From contig JAWLHY010000003.1 of the NCBI GenBank assembly GCA_041690135.1, positions 512,001 through 576,000 of the forward strand: a DNA stretch of 64,000 nucleotides, read 5' to 3'. A program made the position numbers and the translations under genes. This document shows positions 60,270 through 64,000 of this stretch, piece by piece. The notes beneath the pieces are model-generated. The model was given only the letters and a program-made list of their open reading frames with translations. It was not told the origin of the DNA and did no database searches. This DNA is from Armatimonadota bacterium. Lineage in GTDB: Bacteria > Armatimonadota > SYMT01. Every line of letters begins with the position of its first letter. Within the stretch, counting starts at the first letter, position 1.

Positions 60270-60836
60270 CTAGCTTGCCACCAGCCTCTCGATGTATTCT
60301 CTGAGCCCATCCGCATCATCATACGCAGGCTCAACCGACACGTTTTCTGCGATCAGACGTCTTCTGATGGGTTCGATCTCGCTCTCCGAACAAAAAGAAA
60401 TTCCGTTGAGTCGTGGGAAGACCAGATCACTGCCCACCAGGAGAGGAGCGTGCATGTCGCAGTACCACGCAATTCGCCCCATGTCTTCCTGGCCGATATC
60501 GATAGGATTTCGCAAGATGGGGAATGGACTCAGCCTGAGAATCCCCATGAAGAACCGCACATCGCTGAAACCCTCAGCGAAGAAGGGCCGGGGAGACGGA
60601 CGCGCCGGCATAGAGGTGAATACCTGATTCCACTGTCTCAAGTCGAATTGGCCCCATACTTCCGGTATTGCGGCCATCAGCGCCTGCGCCTCGTTGTCGC
60701 CAAACCGCGTGAACAGCGTGATCAACAACTCCTGCGGATCCAGTGCGGCCAGCGTAGGCATTCTGGACAATACATACTGCCGAAACGTAAGCGGCGTTGG
60801 ATCCGCAAAGATGATCTCTTCAAGGATGACGTACAC
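60270..60836 (-). CDS. Hypothetical protein (immunity-cluster member)
   Basis: ~188-aa ORF with atypical, less GC-rich codon usage, closely following the Imm5 fusion. Confidence 0.55.
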   Translation of the reverse strand: MYVILEEIIFADPTPLTFRQYVLSRMPTLAALDPQELLITLFTRFGDNEAQALMAAIPEVWGQFDLRQWNQVFTSMPARPSPRPFFAEGFSDVRFFMGILRLSPFPILRNPIDIGQEDMGRIAWYCDMHAPLLVGSDLVFPRLNGISFCSESEIEPIRRRLIAENVSVEPAYDDADGLREYIERLVAS

Positions 60837-60850
60837 AGGATTCGCAGATC

Positions 60851-61858
60851 TCACGGGACCGCACTCCAGGCCGCCGGAACGGCCTCGTCCAGGTACCACT
60901 CCCAGAAGGCGCGTCTCCGGAGCGGGTCCGACTCCGGGTTCCACTCACCCCCGCCGGAAAAGGCGCCCGCCGCGTAGACGGCCGGGTCAATCTCCTCGGG
61001 ATCGACGACATCGTCGGACGTGGGGTCCAGGTGCGCGGCGTCGAAGGGGGCATCGAACAGGGCGAAGCGGGCCGTATTGAGGGCGGCGTTCAACACCTCC
61101 AGCGCGACCCGGTAGCCTTGCTCGGAGTTCACTTCCCGATCGAAGTACCTTTCCCCTTGCCGGATAAACTCCTTCAGGTCTTCGTAGTCGCATCGGCAGT
61201 CGAGGTACGCGTGGACACCGGCCAGGATCTCCTGTGGAAGGGAGCCCTCTTCCGCGGATGCACTCCAGATGGGCAGGACCTTCTCCGTCGCCAGCATGGC
61301 CAGGTGGACCCGCCGCCGCAGTCCCGGATTTCGCGGGAAGTCCCTGGAGTCCAGACGCGGACCCAACTCCGACCAGATCAGTTGCCGGCAGCCGAGCTTG
61401 AGATCTGAGTTCTCCTCCCCCGCGAGAGAGGACTTGCAGAGTTCGATCGCTGCGATCAGCGATCCAGGCATCCCCCGTTCCGCCGGATCATCATCCCGGA
61501 TGATCGAGAACCCTCCGGCCAGTAGGGCTATCTCGATGTGGCGGCTGATATCCGTATTGGCGGGCTCTGACGGATCTGCTTCATGCCACTCCGGTGCGAA
61601 TGCTTCCGGATATCCCTCCAGAAAGAACTCTTCGTCGCGGCCTTGCTGAATACGGACATCGAAGCCAAGCAAGGGGGAGCGAAGGCGAACCGCGGGGACT
61701 TCATCATAAAAATCGGTATTCTCGAAGTCGAATTCCGCGCCACCGAGAATGCACCTCGAAACCCGGCGAGCTACCTCCTCCAGGGTCCCCCTGCTGCGAA
61801 AACCAACAATGAAAATGAGATAGTGCATGGGCAAGGGCGCCCCTCTAGGTTCCGTCAT
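60851..61858 (-). CDS. Two-domain immunity protein: unknown acidic N-terminal domain plus Imm5-like C-terminal domain
   Basis: RRRVHLAMLATEKVLPIW and SDPLRRRAFWEWYLDEAVPAAW are Imm5-like; an internal Met (MPGSL) marks the domain junction. Confidence 0.7.
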   Translation of the reverse strand: MTEPRGAPLPMHYLIFIVGFRSRGTLEEVARRVSRCILGGAEFDFENTDFYDEVPAVRLRSPLLGFDVRIQQGRDEEFFLEGYPEAFAPEWHEADPSEPANTDISRHIEIALLAGGFSIIRDDDPAERGMPGSLIAAIELCKSSLAGEENSDLKLGCRQLIWSELGPRLDSRDFPRNPGLRRRVHLAMLATEKVLPIWSASAEEGSLPQEILAGVHAYLDCRCDYEDLKEFIRQGERYFDREVNSEQGYRVALEVLNAALNTARFALFDAPFDAAHLDPTSDDVVDPEEIDPAVYAAGAFSGGGEWNPESDPLRRRAFWEWYLDEAVPAAWSAVP

Positions 61859-62120
61859 GGCGGGACCATCCGGCGATGCAAAGGGAACTCCAACGCGTAC
61901 TGGTTCGCCAGCGGCCTGGGATTCCTATTGGGGTAGACCGGTCACCGGGTCCTGCTGGTCCGTCGCAACTTCCCTGACCAGGGGGCGGGATGGATTAGGA
62001 CCCGGATGAGGATAAAGAGTCCCGGTTCCAGGACCGCATCTTGACCAGGAGGCTGCCCGAACGTGTAATTGCGACTTCCCTTGATCTCTCGCTCCTCGCC
62101 ATGACCTACCGTGTCCATTG

Positions 62121-62225
62121 CCCGAACATTTACGCCCCACAGGGGTGCCTGACCACCCGAACATTTACGCCCCACAGGGGTGCCTGACCACCCGAACATT
62201 TACGCCCCACAGGGGTGCCTGACCA
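62121..62225. repeat. Three perfect 35-bp tandem repeats
   Basis: CCCGAACATTTACGCCCCACAGGGGTGCCTGACCA at 62121, 62156 and 62191, with no spacers. Confidence 0.95.
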
Positions 62226-62325
62226 CCTGACCACCTGAACACCTAAACACCCATTACCGTAACTCCCGCTTGCGTCGCGTGTCTCCTTCATAGGTAAGCG
62301 TCATCCTCAGAAATGCCAGGCCTCG

Positions 62326-63747
62326 ATGCAGCCCATCCATCCGCGCTCCCTCCTCACGCCCACCCAACGGTATTACAGCCGGCGGGAGTTCGTCCGCCGC
62401 ACCAGCCTCTCCGCGCTGGGGCTCTCGCTGGCGGACTGGATCCTTCTCGAGAAACAGGCGCGAGCGGACGGCCGACGGCCGCAGGCGAAGAACGTCCTCG
62501 TCATCCTGGAGCAGGGGGGCCTGAGCCACATCGACACCTTCGATCCGAAGCCGGACCTGCCGGGGGAGGACCGCAGCCCCTATAAGACCATCCGCACGAA
62601 GGTTCCGGGAATGGAGTTCACGGAGCTCCTCACAAAGACGGCACGGGTGGCCGATAAGCTGGCGGTGGTCCGGGGGATGCACCACACCATCGGGGATCAC
62701 CCGAAGGGCACCGCCTACATGCTCCAGGGGAACAACCCCAACAGCCCGCTGGGGTACCCGGATGTGGGGTGCGTCGTATCGCAGGTGATCGGCTCGGAGT
62801 GCTCCTACCTGCCGCCGTACATCATGGTTCCCGGCAACAGCGAGCAGGCCTACAACACCACCCACGGGTTCCTCTCCGCGTCCCAGGCGGCGTTCAAGAC
62901 CCAGGGCGCCGACCTCGCGGACCCGGGTTGGACCGTGGCGGGGCTCACCCCCACCATTGGGCTCGACCGGACCGGCCGCCGACAGTCCCTGCTGAACCGC
63001 TTCGAGCGCGGCTTCGTAGAGACGATCGGCGACGACTTCGTGGATGCGGCGCGCAACAGCTACGCGCAGGCATTCAACGCGGTTACCAGTCCCCAGGCGC
63101 GCGCGGCGTTCGACTTCACCACGGAGTCGGACCGCACGAAGGAAGCCTACGGTCGCGGGCATCGGGGGCACTGCTACCTGCTGGGGCGCAAGCTGATCGA
63201 GGCGGGGGTGCGGTTCGTCACGGTGGATGTCCGCTGGCCGAAGAGCGGCGTGCCTTCGGACGGTGCCAACCTGAACTGGGACCACCACGACAACATGTAT
63301 GTGAACGGCTCCTGCGGAAAGGACCGCGTCCTCTGCGGCGGCGAGGGGCGGTACGGTATCGGCACCTGGCCGATGATGGGCAGCACCGACCACGCCTTCG
63401 CGGCCCTCATCGACGACATGGACCAGCGCGGGCTGCTGGCGGAGACCCTCGTCTGCTTCATCACCGAGTTCGGCCGCTCGCCCAAGATCAACCGGTGCAA
63501 GGGTCGCGACCACTGGCCGCAGGCGTACTCCATCGTCTTTGCCGGTGCGGGCGTTCCCGGCGGACAGGTCATCGGCGCCACTGATAAGCAGGGCGGCTCC
63601 GTGGTCGACCAGCCGCACACCCCGCAGGACTACGCCGAAACGATCTACCGCAAGCTCGGCATCAACACGGAGCTGCGCCTGAAGGGCCCCGATGACCGCC
63701 CCGTCGACTTCACCGAGGGCGGCCGTCCCATCCCCGAACTGTTCTGA
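62326..63747 (+). CDS. DUF1501 family protein
   Basis: SRREF; GGLSHIDTFDPKP; LIEAGVRFV; WDHH; TEFGRSPKIN..GRDHWP; GQVIGATD. Confidence 0.93.
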   Translation: MQPIHPRSLLTPTQRYYSRREFVRRTSLSALGLSLADWILLEKQARADGRRPQAKNVLVILEQGGLSHIDTFDPKPDLPGEDRSPYKTIRTKVPGMEFTELLTKTARVADKLAVVRGMHHTIGDHPKGTAYMLQGNNPNSPLGYPDVGCVVSQVIGSECSYLPPYIMVPGNSEQAYNTTHGFLSASQAAFKTQGADLADPGWTVAGLTPTIGLDRTGRRQSLLNRFERGFVETIGDDFVDAARNSYAQAFNAVTSPQARAAFDFTTESDRTKEAYGRGHRGHCYLLGRKLIEAGVRFVTVDVRWPKSGVPSDGANLNWDHHDNMYVNGSCGKDRVLCGGEGRYGIGTWPMMGSTDHAFAALIDDMDQRGLLAETLVCFITEFGRSPKINRCKGRDHWPQAYSIVFAGAGVPGGQVIGATDKQGGSVVDQPHTPQDYAETIYRKLGINTELRLKGPDDRPVDFTEGGRPIPELF

Positions 63748-63787
63748 GACGGCGGAAACCCGGTAGAATTGGAGTAGAGGAACCGCC

Positions 63788-64000
63788 ATGGCGATGCCGT
63801 CCACCACTCCGGTCATCTATCAGCGCGGGTCGCGGTACGGGCCCGACGGGGTTTACTACCCTGCCGAGGAGGAACGCACCGTGCCCCTGTCGGATCGGGC
63901 GATTACCCTGATCTTCTATTTCCGATTTGCATTGCGCCGGGCCTTCCGGGCGTTCCCGGACGTGTATGTCGGCGCGGATCAGTTCATCTACTGGGAGCCG
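63788..64000 (+). CDS. Uma2 (DUF820) family endonuclease-like protein, 3' truncated by the window edge
   Basis: MAMPSTT...YYPAEEE...AFPDVYVGADQFIYWEP matches the Uma2 N-terminus. Confidence 0.7.
   Translation, partial: MAMPSTTPVIYQRGSRYGPDGVYYPAEEERTVPLSDRAITLIFYFRFALRRAFRAFPDVYVGADQFIYWEP

Noticed and set aside
53534-61858. Intact prophage or ICE
   Set aside because: No integrase, att-flanked tRNA, replication, structural or conjugation genes are visible.
55938-61858. Integron cassette array
   Set aside because: No recurring attC-like sites between the genes and no integron integrase were recognised.
62121-62225. 35-bp palindromic repeats as a CRISPR array
   Set aside because: Units abut with no spacers, and no cas genes are in the window.
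62254-63816. 520-aa minus-strand ORF
   Set aside because: Antisense shadow of the DUF1501 gene.

Overview
High-GC bacterial chromosomal window, most likely an Armatimonadota- or Planctomycetota-like organism (inferred from gene content such as DUF1501, HAF/DUF11 surface proteins and Uma2; not proven). No rRNA, tRNA, CRISPR array or intact transposase is visible. From left to right: a CsoR-regulated copper locus (csoR, DUF4186, copZ, cupredoxin, copA); two tandem subtilase paralogues, the second of which has lost its catalytic His, Ser and oxyanion Asn; a sialidase fusion; an ankyrin protein; a DEAD-box helicase with a long structured leader; an RND efflux operon; envelope enzymes; a rearranged alternative complex III (act) operon; a feoA-feoA-feoB operon; a large HAF/DUF11 surface protein; and metabolic genes. 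The right end holds a phage-like switch (divergent sigma factor / XRE repressor / ImmA-IrrE-like protease with a Gram-positive-type SOS box) beside a ~6 kb cluster of polymorphic-toxin immunity genes and gene fragments with no intact toxin. Several REP-like palindromes and 6-8 bp tandem-repeat families are scattered throughout, and some sit in frame inside membrane-protein genes. All family assignments come from motif recognition by eye, with no database searches run.
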